In this document: piece by piece, positions 7,672-17,328 of the stretch
Numbering within the stretch: the stretch's first letter is position 1
Layout: every line of letters starts with the position of its first letter
Virus record (IMG/VR): IMGVR_UViG_3300020438_004021
Location: 32,001-96,000 of that record
Source: a virus
Length of the DNA: 64,000 bases
Strand: one strand, 5' to 3'
The notes under the pieces: generated by a model
Told to the model about the DNA's origin: nothing
Database searches by the model: none
What the model saw: only the letters and a program-made list of their open reading frames with translations
Translations under genes and position numbers: made by a program

Positions 7672-9993
7672 ATGGAAAAAACCTTGAACCGTACAAACCG
7701 TGACTCTAAAGATATCCTCGCTCGCCTACTGGCAGCCGAGAATATCGATGTCGAGCACCAACCAGTACCCACTGCGTACTTCGATACAGTCAGCCGTCGA
7801 CTGGTCCTTCCTCTCTGGGAGAACATGTCGAATGACCTGTATGACATGCTCGTGGGTCACGAAGTTGGACACGCACTATTCACCCCAACTGGCAATGACA
7901 AGACCAAGGCCGCAATCAAGCACATCGATGCTGATGCACCTGAAGGTCGAATCATGAATTACCTGAACGTCGCCGAAGATGTCCGCATCGAGAAGGCAAT
8001 CAAGGACAAGTTCCCTGGTCTCCGTCGCAATTTCACCAAGGCATACAAAGACCTTGCTGAACGTGACTTCTTCGGTATCGCAGGTAAAGACCACAACGAC
8101 ATGTCGTTCATCGACCGAGTGAATATCTACTTCAAAATCGGCATGCACGTCGATGTTACCTTTTCTCCTGAAGAGCAGGTAATCGTTGACATGGTTGATG
8201 CTGCTTATGACTGGGATTCGATGGTCGAAGCTGCAAAAGCGATGTATGGTCTTGCCAAGGAGCAGAAGAAGCAAGAGCAAGAGACCAAGATGGCAATGCC
8301 CGATGGGGATGGTGAATTCCAAGCACCTGCTGATGGTGAAGGCGATGCCGAAGGTCAATCAATGGGCATGGGTTCTGATGATGACAATCAGGACGAAGGC
8401 GAGCAGGAAGGTGCTTCTATGGGTGGTGATGACGAGCAGGGCGACGACTCTGCTGATTCCACCAGTGGTGGTGGTGAAGATTCTGGCGAATCAATGGAAG
8501 ACGATACCGATGATGGTGAGTCTGCTGATAGTCAGTCATCCACCAATGCAGATTCTGCCCAGAGCGGTGGAACTCAGCACGCCGACCAGATGATTGACGA
8601 GTCCGAGCTTCCTGATGACTGTGAAACGCAGAAGTCGATGAATCAGCAGTTGCAAGACAACTGCACGAACGCCGACCAGTACGACCAGAAGCGTCGTTCA
8701 TATGTCACCATGCCTAAGTCAAATACGGATAAGGTCATCGTTCCCGTCACACAGGTGATGGATGATTTTCGTCAGTATATTGTAACCTGCAATAGAGAAG
8801 ACACGAAGAACGGTGCTTATGGTGTCTTCACCAATTTCCAGAAGGAAATGTCAAAGACCGTAAATAAGATGGCACAGCAGTTTGAGATGAAGAAGTCTGC
8901 CGACCAGTACAAGCGTCGCAGCATCTCCGACTCTGGTATCATCGATACCATCAAGATGATTAACTACCGTTGGTCTGATGATATCTTCCTCAAGAACACG
9001 ACCATTCCTGGTGCCAAGAGCCATGGTCTGGTCATGTTCATTGACTGGAGCGGTTCCATGGCAGACCGAATGGCAGACACCATGAAGCAGCTGATGACTC
9101 TCGTCCTCTTCTGCAAGAAGGTCAATATCCCTTACGATGTTTATGCCTTCACTGGTTCATACAAGGAAGACGAAGTCGACGCAGGCAAGAACTACAAGGT
9201 GGGCGATGCTCAACTCGGTCAGTTCCGTCTTCTCAATCTCGTTTCCTCTTCGATGAAGAATCGTGACTGGACCGAGATGATGACCTATGTGACCATGCTT
9301 GCTAACAGTTTCGTGCATACGTACTACAGCACCTCCTCTGGTCGCTCCGAGTCCAGAGACACCATCCTAGACCCACAATACGGAGTGCGTCCTCGTGGTT
9401 ACAGCCTGGGTATGACTCCTCTCGATGACTGCATTGTCGCTGCTTCTGAAATCGTGAAGACTTTCAAGCAGAACCACAAGCTGCAGATTGTGAACGCAGT
9501 CTTCATGACTGATGGTCATACTTCGATGTCCCCACTCGGTGATGGTTGGAGAGGCAGCATCGTGTGGACCGGTGATAAGTTTGAGCAGGAACGTGATGTA
9601 AAAACAGTCTTGAAGGGTCGCAACGGCAAGATTTACAATGACCACAAGAGCACGACCGACAATCTGCTCGAATGGTTTACCGACAAGACCGGCATTCCTG
9701 CGATTGGTATCTTCCTCTGTGATGCACGTGACCTTTACTACAGCAACTTCGACGACAAGCAGATGGAAGAATTCAAGACCAAGAAATGCCTTGAAGTCGG
9801 TAAGCATGGTGGTTATAGCAACTACTACGTGATTGACACCAAGACCAAGAAGTTCAAGGGTGTTGATGACCTGAATGACAATGCAAGTGCGATTGCAGTT
9901 AGGAACGCATTCGTTCGTGAGTCCAAGATTCGCAAGACTCAACAGCAAATCATGAACAAGTTCGTTGACAAGATTTCGATGGAGACAGTATGA
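7672..9993 (+). CDS. CobT-like protein: HExxH metallopeptidase-like N-terminus, acidic linker, VWA domain
   Basis: TAYFD...RRLVLPLW, GHEVGHALFTP, NVAEDVRIE, MIDAS DWSGSM, TPL, MTDG. Confidence 0.85.
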   Translation: MEKTLNRTNRDSKDILARLLAAENIDVEHQPVPTAYFDTVSRRLVLPLWENMSNDLYDMLVGHEVGHALFTPTGNDKTKAAIKHIDADAPEGRIMNYLNVAEDVRIEKAIKDKFPGLRRNFTKAYKDLAERDFFGIAGKDHNDMSFIDRVNIYFKIGMHVDVTFSPEEQVIVDMVDAAYDWDSMVEAAKAMYGLAKEQKKQEQETKMAMPDGDGEFQAPADGEGDAEGQSMGMGSDDDNQDEGEQEGASMGGDDEQGDDSADSTSGGGEDSGESMEDDTDDGESADSQSSTNADSAQSGGTQHADQMIDESELPDDCETQKSMNQQLQDNCTNADQYDQKRRSYVTMPKSNTDKVIVPVTQVMDDFRQYIVTCNREDTKNGAYGVFTNFQKEMSKTVNKMAQQFEMKKSADQYKRRSISDSGIIDTIKMINYRWSDDIFLKNTTIPGAKSHGLVMFIDWSGSMADRMADTMKQLMTLVLFCKKVNIPYDVYAFTGSYKEDEVDAGKNYKVGDAQLGQFRLLNLVSSSMKNRDWTEMMTYVTMLANSFVHTYYSTSSGRSESRDTILDPQYGVRPRGYSLGMTPLDDCIVAASEIVKTFKQNHKLQIVNAVFMTDGHTSMSPLGDGWRGSIVWTGDKFEQERDVKTVLKGRNGKIYNDHKSTTDNLLEWFTDKTGIPAIGIFLCDARDLYYSNFDDKQMEEFKTKKCLEVGKHGGYSNYYVIDTKTKKFKGVDDLNDNASAIAVRNAFVRESKIRKTQQQIMNKFVDKISMETV

Positions 9994-10484
9994 ACATCTT
10001 CTTTGTACACAAAGACCCCAGAACATCTGCACGGATGCTTTGCGACAAGCACATCTGCAAGATGATTCTGGAGTCTGTGCAAATGCTCTGCACCGCATGG
10101 TCCGAAGAGGAAGCACCAAAGACTTGTGGTGCTAGCCATGTGAATCATCCTTGCTCACGTTGGGCGAGGGAGACATCAGGCAACTACAACTGGTTGTCTG
10201 AACACGTGCTAGAGTTGAGCAAGGAGTACACCAAGAGGTATGGCAAGGTACATGCATGGCAAGGTGCGGTAGACTGGTTGAACGAAAACAATCCTTTTAT
10301 CACACACAACAAACCTTGCAGACCGATGACCACGAAACCACAGTGTATGCCCGCCTATTGCAAAGTTGACGGTGACTCCATTCAGGCATACCGCAACTAT
10401 TACATTAACGAAAAATCGTACATGGCAAAGTGGAAGAACAGCACCACACCCAAATGGTACGAACAAGCCTTGGAGACAGTTTGA
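9990..10484 (+). CDS. Pyrimidine-dimer DNA glycosylase-like protein
   Basis: MNIFFV...CDKHICKMILESVQMLCTA...NHPCSRWAR...YTKRYGKVH...AYRNYY. Confidence 0.85.
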   Translation: MNIFFVHKDPRTSARMLCDKHICKMILESVQMLCTAWSEEEAPKTCGASHVNHPCSRWARETSGNYNWLSEHVLELSKEYTKRYGKVHAWQGAVDWLNENNPFITHNKPCRPMTTKPQCMPAYCKVDGDSIQAYRNYYINEKSYMAKWKNSTTPKWYEQALETV

Positions 10485-10951
10485 TGAACAATTACAAAGT
10501 CATAGTTTTTTCCATAATGACTTGGTTTGCCTCAGCCTCCGCCGCTCACGCGGTGGGGGCAGGCGACTCCGAACAAGACCTTCGTAGACTGCTAGACGCA
10601 ATCTGCGAAGTAGAGTCCGGTTGTGACCCCTCAGCTATTGGTGATGGTGGAAATGCTATTGGACCCTACCAGATTTGGAAGAGCTATTGGATTGATGCCT
10701 GTAATTACAGCAAAAGTGATGACCTCAGTCTTGACGATGGTTATAAGAGTTGTATAGATAAGGAATACGCAGAGAAGGTAGTGATAACCTACTGGAAGCG
10801 TTATGCTAACGAGAGACGGCTTAAACGAGTACCTACCCTAGAAGACAGAGCACGCATGCATAATGGTGGACCTCGTGCGGTCTGGGCAAAGGGCAAGAAG
10901 AAGCGAAATCTCGATATCTATTGGAACAAAGTCAAGGAGGCAATGAAATGA
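10484..10951 (+). CDS. Lysozyme-like (destabilase/transglycosylase-like) protein with N-terminal hydrophobic signal
   Basis: AICEVES, AIGDGGNAIGPYQIWKSYWIDA, ARMHNGGP. Confidence 0.75.
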   Translation: MNNYKVIVFSIMTWFASASAAHAVGAGDSEQDLRRLLDAICEVESGCDPSAIGDGGNAIGPYQIWKSYWIDACNYSKSDDLSLDDGYKSCIDKEYAEKVVITYWKRYANERRLKRVPTLEDRARMHNGGPRAVWAKGKKKRNLDIYWNKVKEAMK

Positions 10952-11175
10952 GCGAAAAATACGACCCATTGTATAATCCTAATCCCAAGTGGATGAAGGA
11001 AGCAAAATCTGCCGGTAAGGGAGATAGAATGCGACCAGTTAACATGGACAAGTACCGTGATAACTACGATGCCATCTTTGCCAAGAAGAATGAAGAAAAG
11101 AAGGATGAAGGCAAAGAAGATGACAGCAAGAAGAAGAAGCACGTCGTTAAGCGGCAGAAAGGTAAGAAGAAATGA
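10948..11175 (+). CDS. Small basic hypothetical protein
   Basis: GGAGG SD; GKGDRMRPVNMDKYRDNYDAIF, Lys-rich tail. Confidence 0.65.
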   Translation: MSEKYDPLYNPNPKWMKEAKSAGKGDRMRPVNMDKYRDNYDAIFAKKNEEKKDEGKEDDSKKKKHVVKRQKGKKK

Positions 11176-11336
11176 GTTATATAGACGGAACCCCCCTAGG
11201 TAATCTAATTGACCGATGTGCAGATGGGTGGGCAAACATCCTAGGGTTCACCCAAAAGGGCAAGAACACCAAGAAGAAGATAGTGGTCAAGAAGAAAGTA
11301 GTACGCAAGAAAAAGGTAGGCAAAACAAATGAGTGA
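11172..11336 (+). CDS. Small basic hypothetical protein (54 aa)
   Basis: ATGA overlap with upstream stop; MSYIDGTPLGNLIDRCADGWANILGF...KKK. Confidence 0.5.
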   Translation: MSYIDGTPLGNLIDRCADGWANILGFTQKGKNTKKKIVVKKKVVRKKKVGKTNE

Positions 11337-11673
11337 AGTCAAAATCGTTAGACTAGTAACCCAAGAAGATATTATCTGCAAGTACGAGTATGAAGATGGT
11401 ATGCACATCATGAAGACACCCTGCATCATCGTAATCACACCTCAAGGTTATGGTGCGATGCCTTGGATGCCATTCGCGGAGCAGAAGGATGGACTGAAGA
11501 TATCTGACTCCCAAGTTATGATGGTGGTTGACCCAATCAAGGATATGTACAATCAGTACCAATCCTCTTTCGGAAGTGGTATCGTCGTCCCTGAAAAGCA
11601 AGGGATGCTTAACACAGTCGGTGCGGGAGTAGAAGCACCAATGGGACCAATCGGCATCGTTGGGGGAGATTGA
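11329..11673 (+). CDS. T4-like phage hypothetical protein
   Basis: VKIVRLVTQEDII...MPWMPFAE...YNQYQSSFGSGIVVP pattern typical of T4-like phages. Confidence 0.7.
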   Translation: MSEVKIVRLVTQEDIICKYEYEDGMHIMKTPCIIVITPQGYGAMPWMPFAEQKDGLKISDSQVMMVVDPIKDMYNQYQSSFGSGIVVPEKQGMLNTVGAGVEAPMGPIGIVGGD

Positions 11674-11677
11674 TAAG

Positions 11678-11815
11678 ATGGCAAGAAAAAATAGCGTTTA
11701 TGACCCAGCAACATCAAACCGAATCAAGGTAGGTTCACCTCGTAAGAGCAAACCCAATAAGGGTAACGCACCTGCCAGAACCGCTAGATCAGGCAGCGGA
11801 AGAAAAATCAGGTAG
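11678..11815 (+). CDS. Small Arg/Lys-rich hypothetical protein (45 aa)
   Basis: MARKNSVYDPATSNRIKVGSPRKSKPNKG...; fills the gap before the tRNA. Confidence 0.5.
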   Translation: MARKNSVYDPATSNRIKVGSPRKSKPNKGNAPARTARSGSGRKIR

Positions 11816-11830
11816 ACCCTGACTAACTTC

Positions 11831-11904
11831 GCTCCTGTAGCTCAGTTGGATAGAGCAGCGGACTTCTAATCCGCAGGTCACACGTTCGAGTCGTGTCGGG
11901 AGTG
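11831..11904 (+). tRNA. tRNA-Arg(TCT)
   Basis: Cloverleaf GCTCCTG/CGGGAGT, anticodon arm GCGGA-CTTCTAA-TCCGC, T-loop TTCGAGT; CCA not encoded. Confidence 0.95.
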
Positions 11905-11910
11905 CTTATT

Positions 11911-12891
11911 ATGATGAAAAGACACCAGATTAAAATCGGCAATTCGCTTAGTGTCCTGAAGGAAATGGATGATAAAAGTGTGGACTGTGTTGTAACCTCC
12001 CCACCTTATTGGGGATTGCGTGATTATGGTGGTCAAGAAGAACAACTGGGTGCTGAAGGCACACCGCAAGAATTCGTTGACAATATGGTATCCATCTTTA
12101 GTCAAGTACATAGAGTCCTTAAGGACGAAGGGACTGTCTGGTTGAACCTTGGCGACAGTTATTATAACTACAGACCTGGTGCAGGTCAGACACTAATCAA
12201 GCAGACAATCGCTAACAGCGACCAAGACCTTCCCCAAGAGTGTGCTAGGAGAGGGAACAAGATTAAGGGTCTCAAAGAGAAGAGTCTAGTTGGGATTCCT
12301 TGGAGGGTAGCACTTGCTTTGCAGGAAGATGGATGGATTCTGAGACAGGATATCATCTGGCACAAACCCAATCCGATGCCCGAATCCGTAAAAGACAGAT
12401 GTACCAAGGCACACGAATATATCTTTCTCCTAACCAAGAATAAGAAGTATTACTACGACAATGAAGCAATCCTAGAGCCGATCTCTGAGATATCAATAAA
12501 GAGAGCGGAGTATGGTTGGGATTGCGACAGACCTTCAACCAAGAATGCATCAATGGGAGGCGAGGGTATCCACGTCGAAAAGATGGGGACCAGATTCGTT
12601 AATCCCAAGGGCAAGAACAAACGGTCTGTCTGGACGGTAAACACAGCGAGTTATAAAGATGCTCATTTTGCGGTTTACCCCACCAAACTGATTGAACCTT
12701 GCATCTTAGCAGGATGCCCTGAAGGTGGAACCGTTCTGGACCCATTCTCGGGAAGCGGAACAACGGGTATCGTTGCCCTTAACAACGGACGAAAATACAC
12801 CGGAATCGAGTTGAATCCTGAATACGCAGAACTATCGGAAAAGAGAATAGCAGAAGAATGTCCCAACAACCTAACGGAGCTTATGCAATGA
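11911..12891 (+). CDS. Beta-class N4-cytosine/N6-adenine DNA methyltransferase
   Basis: Motif IV TSPPYW N-terminal, motif I VLDPFSGSGTT C-terminal, HFAVYP. Confidence 0.9.
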   Translation: MMKRHQIKIGNSLSVLKEMDDKSVDCVVTSPPYWGLRDYGGQEEQLGAEGTPQEFVDNMVSIFSQVHRVLKDEGTVWLNLGDSYYNYRPGAGQTLIKQTIANSDQDLPQECARRGNKIKGLKEKSLVGIPWRVALALQEDGWILRQDIIWHKPNPMPESVKDRCTKAHEYIFLLTKNKKYYYDNEAILEPISEISIKRAEYGWDCDRPSTKNASMGGEGIHVEKMGTRFVNPKGKNKRSVWTVNTASYKDAHFAVYPTKLIEPCILAGCPEGGTVLDPFSGSGTTGIVALNNGRKYTGIELNPEYAELSEKRIAEECPNNLTELMQ

Positions 12892-13973
12892 GAACAGCAA
12901 TCACATTTGATGACGTTTTAATCGTCCCACAATACAGCGAAGTGACACCAGACATGGTGTCGACCAAGACCACCTTGGTGAAAGGAATCGAACTGGACAT
13001 CCCAATTATGTCCGCACCGATGGATTCGGTGACAGAGGTCGAAATGGCAACAGCGATGGCTGAAGAAGGTGGTATAGGCATCCTACACAAGAATATGGGT
13101 CATGATGAGCAGATACGTCAGGCCTATGAGATTAAGAAGTGGGGTCATAAGTTGGGTGTTGCTCTTAGCCCAACCAAGTACACCGATAGGATGGTTGAGG
13201 AACTGGTTGATGCCGGTATCGACGTGTTCGTCCTTGACAGTGCACATGGTCATTCTAAGAACGTGATGGATGCAACTGAGCGACTTAAGAAGCTCACCGA
13301 TATCCCTGTCATTGTAGGAAACATCGCAACCGCAGAAGCCGCTATAGAACTCTACAATGCTGGTGCTGATGCCCTAAAGGTGGGTATCGGTCCTGGTTCC
13401 ATTTGTACGACGAGAATCGTAGCGGGTGTGGGTGTCCCCCAAATCACCGCTATTCAGGATGTTGCCAGTGCCAATGGAGGCAAACTCGACATCCCCATCA
13501 TTGCAGACGGTGGTATCCGGTACAGTGGTGATATCGCTAAAGCTATCATGGCAGGTGCGAGTTGCGTGATGCTAGGTTCCCTCCTTGCAGGACATGATGA
13601 AGTCCCCAACTACCAAGGTGTCATCATTGACGGCAAGCGGTATGTCCCTTACCGTGGGATGGGAAGCGAAGGAGCGATGGGTGACGGTTCTGGAGACAGG
13701 TACAGTCAAGACGGCTCAGATAAGTTCGTCCCTGAGGGCATCGAGGGTTGCGTCCCTTATAAGGGTGCAGTTGCAGACACTATCTACCAGATGGTCGGCG
13801 GTCTAAAGTCAGCAATGGGTTATGTCGGTGCTGCAACGATTGAAGACCTGATTAAGCAGGGCGAAAGTTATTATCACATGGAAGGGTTCGTAGGGGTAAG
13901 TCCTAACTCCCTGCGAGAGAACCACCCACACGATGTCCATATCACCAAGGAAGCACCCAACTATGCGATTTGA
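12888..13973 (+). CDS. guaB: IMP dehydrogenase (CBS-less; GuaB/GuaC family)
   Basis: [62 protein letters not shown]. Confidence 0.9.
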   Translation: MRTAITFDDVLIVPQYSEVTPDMVSTKTTLVKGIELDIPIMSAPMDSVTEVEMATAMAEEGGIGILHKNMGHDEQIRQAYEIKKWGHKLGVALSPTKYTDRMVEELVDAGIDVFVLDSAHGHSKNVMDATERLKKLTDIPVIVGNIATAEAAIELYNAGADALKVGIGPGSICTTRIVAGVGVPQITAIQDVASANGGKLDIPIIADGGIRYSGDIAKAIMAGASCVMLGSLLAGHDEVPNYQGVIIDGKRYVPYRGMGSEGAMGDGSGDRYSQDGSDKFVPEGIEGCVPYKGAVADTIYQMVGGLKSAMGYVGAATIEDLIKQGESYYHMEGFVGVSPNSLRENHPHDVHITKEAPNYAI

Positions 13974-14967
13974 TAAGATGCCAAAAGCGGAGCTGCACCT
14001 TCATATCGAAGGCACTCTCGAACCCGAGTTGATGTTCGAACTGGCAGACAGGAACGGGATGAAGATTCCCTACAAGACAGTCGAAGAAGTACGAAGTGCT
14101 TATGAATTCGACAGTCTTCAGTCATTTCTAGACATCTACTATGAAGGTGCTAAGGTCCTGAGGACTGAGCAAGACTTCTACGATTTGACTTGGGCATACC
14201 TGATGAAGTGCAAAGAGCAAAGAATCGTGCATACTGAAATCTTTTTTGACCCCCAAACGCACACCCACAGGGGCGTGGATTTTGGGACAGTTATTAACGG
14301 AATCAGCAACGCACTTCTAGACGCAGAAGCAGAATTCGGAATCACTTCTCTCATATTCATGTGCTTTTTGCGACACCTAACCGAGACATCTGCCTTCGAA
14401 ACCCTAGAGATGGCAATGCCTTATCAAAACAAGATTTATGGTGTTGGTCTCGACTCTTCAGAGGTTGGCAATCCGCCCTCTCGATTTAAAAAGGTGTTCG
14501 CAGAAGCGGCTGAACGTGGATTTGAGGTGGTATGCCATGCAGGAGAAGAAGGACCACCTGAGTACATTTGGGAGGCATTAGAACTAGGTGCTTCTAGAAT
14601 CGACCACGGTGTCCGTTGCCTTGAATCCTCCACCATAACAAACGAGCTGGTAGATAGGCAAATTCCTCTTACGGTCTGCCCTCTTTCTAACGTCAAACTC
14701 AAGGTCTTTGACACCCTCAAGGGTCATAATCTCAAGAAGATGATGGACAGAGGTCTTTTCGTTACGATTAACTCAGATGACCCAGCCTATTTTGGTGGTT
14801 ATCTCAACGAGAACTATGAGCAGTGCATGAAGGAGCTTAATCTGAGCGAGAACGATATGACCGTCCTCCTCAGCAATTCTTTCTTAGCATCTTATCTTTC
14901 CCCACTAGAGAAGGGACGATACATTGAGAAGATTGAAAAATGCATGCACATAGAGAAGGCGGTGTAG
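13963..14967 (+). CDS. add: Adenine/adenosine deaminase
   Basis: PKAELHLHIEGTLEP, EIFFDPQTH, HAGEEG, RIDHGVR, CPLSN, NSDDPAYFGGY. Confidence 0.92.
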   Translation: MRFDKMPKAELHLHIEGTLEPELMFELADRNGMKIPYKTVEEVRSAYEFDSLQSFLDIYYEGAKVLRTEQDFYDLTWAYLMKCKEQRIVHTEIFFDPQTHTHRGVDFGTVINGISNALLDAEAEFGITSLIFMCFLRHLTETSAFETLEMAMPYQNKIYGVGLDSSEVGNPPSRFKKVFAEAAERGFEVVCHAGEEGPPEYIWEALELGASRIDHGVRCLESSTITNELVDRQIPLTVCPLSNVKLKVFDTLKGHNLKKMMDRGLFVTINSDDPAYFGGYLNENYEQCMKELNLSENDMTVLLSNSFLASYLSPLEKGRYIEKIEKCMHIEKAV

Positions 14968-14968
14968 T

Positions 14969-15352
14969 GTGTCCATCTCGGTTGAGAACAGACTTCTGAA
15001 GTATGCAAGAATAGCACTCCCGATATCTTCTGAAGTGCCTCGTTCAAAGAAGCATGTGAGTCTCATAACCACCAGAAAAGGAACCATACTGGCACACGGA
15101 ACGAACCAATTCCGCACACACCCTCTGGCAAAGCAGTATGGTTATCGATATGACGAAGTGCATTCTGAACTGGATGCCCTTTTGAGGCTACCAAAGGGAG
15201 CAGATAGGAACGACCTCGTTCTTCTCAACTTCCGATTCAACAGATTTGGAGACATGAGGATTAGCAAGCCGTGCTGTCTTTGTCTCCCTTGGTGTCGGGC
15301 AGTGTTCAGTGACATCTTTTACAGCACGGACGAAGGAATTATTAAATTATGA
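14969..15352 (+). CDS. Zinc-dependent cytidine-deaminase-superfamily protein
   Basis: HSE and PCCLC (HxE...PCxxC) zinc motifs. Confidence 0.8.
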   Translation: MSISVENRLLKYARIALPISSEVPRSKKHVSLITTRKGTILAHGTNQFRTHPLAKQYGYRYDEVHSELDALLRLPKGADRNDLVLLNFRFNRFGDMRISKPCCLCLPWCRAVFSDIFYSTDEGIIKL

Positions 15353-15519
15353 TGGAAGCATTGATTAAAATACTACCGCTGATTTCAGCCGTCCTCTACT
15401 TCATCGTGGGGGTCAGTTACGGTTTCAAGAGGGAATGGGCATGGTGTCTAGTATGGATTTCTTATTCTCTTTCTAATGTGGGTCTTGTGCTTGCAGCCAT
15501 GGGGAGCAAATCAGGATGA
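15349..15519 (+). CDS. Small two-TM membrane protein
   Basis: ATGA overlaps on both sides; hydrophobic LPLISAVLYFIVG...WAWCLVWISYSLSNVGLVLAA. Confidence 0.55.
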   Translation: MMEALIKILPLISAVLYFIVGVSYGFKREWAWCLVWISYSLSNVGLVLAAMGSKSG

Positions 15520-15878
15520 AAATCGACATTTGGACGGATTCGGGACTCCCTAGTCACCTTGAGGCGATAATAGACACAACCATCAAGTGGTGCGTCAGAT
15601 ATTTTGACTTGAAGAACAAAAAGAAGCTATCCTTCACCGTTAAAGTCAACTCAAGGAAGAACTGCTGGGGTTATTGCCTCCAAGGTGACGAAGACCACTC
15701 TTATGAGATTTACGTCGCGGACAACCAGACAATTAGAGACTTCCTAGCCACGTTGACTCACGAGATGGTGCACGTCAAGCAATGGGAAACCGGCTGTTGG
15801 GTTGGAGAAGGAGAAAAAGAAGCAGAGAAGCTCCAATACCTGCTTGCTGATGAGATTTGGAAACAAGGACTGATTTAA
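15516..15878 (+). CDS. Small HExxH metallopeptidase-like protein
   Basis: TLTHEMVHVKQ...EKEA. Confidence 0.7.
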   Translation: MKIDIWTDSGLPSHLEAIIDTTIKWCVRYFDLKNKKKLSFTVKVNSRKNCWGYCLQGDEDHSYEIYVADNQTIRDFLATLTHEMVHVKQWETGCWVGEGEKEAEKLQYLLADEIWKQGLI

Positions 15879-15893
15879 TAAAAAAAATGATAG

Positions 15894-15966
15894 GCGAGTG
15901 TAGCCCAACGGCAGAGGCAGTGGACTTAAAATCCATACAGTGTGGGTTCGAATCCCACCACTCGTA
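15894..15966 (+). tRNA. tRNA-Leu(TAA) with short variable loop
   Basis: GCGAGTG/CACTCGT acceptor, GTGGA-CTTAAAA-TCCAT anticodon arm, GTGGG-TTCGAAT-CCCAC. Confidence 0.9.
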
Positions 15967-15985
15967 TTCTCATGAGGAAAAAGAA

Positions 15986-16885
15986 ATGAATTTATCTAAC
16001 TGTTTATTGTCTGTAGTAGTAACGTCTGCGTCTGTATTGGCAAATGGGACCGTTAAAATAGACGGATCTTCCACTGCATACCCCATCACTGAGGCAGTTG
16101 CAGAAGAGTATGCTGAGGTAGCACCCAAGGTTAGGGTGACAGTGGGTGTGTCTGGTACTGGTGGTGGTTTTAAAAGGCTTATTGCTAATGAGACTGATAT
16201 TTCCAATGCTTCTCGTCCTATTAAAGAAAAAGAAAGAGAAGCATGCAAAGAAGCAGGGATCGAGTTCCTAGAACTGCCCGTGGCATATGATGGTCTAACC
16301 ATTGTTGTTAATAAAAAGAACACATGGGTAGACAGTCTAACAATGCACGAATTGAATGCTATCTTCGAAGGTGGTCTAAAGAAATGGTCAGATGTTAGAC
16401 CAGAATGGCCCGACAGCGATATTAATATCTTCTCTCCAGGCACCGACTCTGGTACTTTTGACTACTTTAAGGAGGTAGTCATCGGCAAGACTGGATCAAT
16501 GAGATCAGACATGTCTGTTAGCGAGGACGACAACGTATTGGTCAAAGGTGTTGCTGGGAGCACTAATGCTCTTGGATTCTTTGGTTGTGCTTATTACTAT
16601 GAAAATGCTGACAAGTTGAAGGTTGTCCCCATTGTAAATCCTAAGAATGGCAAGAAAGTCATCCCTTCAAGAAAGAATATCGAGTCTGGTGCTTATTACC
16701 CTTTCAGTAGGCCTTTGTTCATATACGTCAACAAGGCATCTATGAGGAAGCAGTCAGTCAGATCATTCGTAATATTTTATCTAGATAAGTGTCCCAAGCT
16801 ATCTGTTGAAGTGGGTTATGTGCAACTACCTCCCGAAAAGATGAAAGAGGTTAAGGCGAAGGTCAGAAAAAAGGATAAAAAATGA
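15986..16885 (+). CDS. pstS: Phosphate ABC transporter substrate-binding protein
   Basis: IDGSSTAYP, SGTGGGFK, DISNASR, DSGTFDYF, SEDDN, YPFSRPLFIY. Confidence 0.93.
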   Translation: MNLSNCLLSVVVTSASVLANGTVKIDGSSTAYPITEAVAEEYAEVAPKVRVTVGVSGTGGGFKRLIANETDISNASRPIKEKEREACKEAGIEFLELPVAYDGLTIVVNKKNTWVDSLTMHELNAIFEGGLKKWSDVRPEWPDSDINIFSPGTDSGTFDYFKEVVIGKTGSMRSDMSVSEDDNVLVKGVAGSTNALGFFGCAYYYENADKLKVVPIVNPKNGKKVIPSRKNIESGAYYPFSRPLFIYVNKASMRKQSVRSFVIFYLDKCPKLSVEVGYVQLPPEKMKEVKAKVRKKDKK

Positions 16886-17142
16886 AGAAAAAAAGAAATA
16901 AAATCGTCCTTGAAATCACATTAGAGAGTGAAGCAGCCGTTAGTGAATTTAAAAGTAACCACAATGACACGATGGACCTATGCCCAATTGAAGAAATGAC
17001 AATGATAGCCGGACAGTTGAGACTGCCTTGGATGTGCAAAGGAATAAAAAAAGTAAAATGGAAAGAAAAAAGCGAAGATAGGTCTTACGAATATGACGTG
17101 TACCGCTTGCAATATGACTACAGTGACGTTGGACAAAAATAA
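16882..17142 (+). CDS. Hypothetical protein
   Basis: ATGA overlap with pstS stop. Confidence 0.55.
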   Translation: MKKKRNKIVLEITLESEAAVSEFKSNHNDTMDLCPIEEMTMIAGQLRLPWMCKGIKKVKWKEKSEDRSYEYDVYRLQYDYSDVGQK

Positions 17143-17328
17143 AAAGAACATTTTTTGATATATTCAAACCGCATTCCCAGTATTGGAAATAAAAGCCGTC
17201 ACAATGATAATGAAAGCCGTGTCAAGTCGACGTATACCCCCCTCCCATATCGTATAAATACACCGTGAGTTGCCATTTTGGGACTCATATCAAACAAACG
17301 TGTCTTGCTTTTATAAGGAGAAACAGTT

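Noticed and set aside
15857-15985. N-terminal extension of PstS (likewise 11893-11910 for the methyltransferase)
   Set aside because: These extensions run through tRNA genes; true starts are downstream
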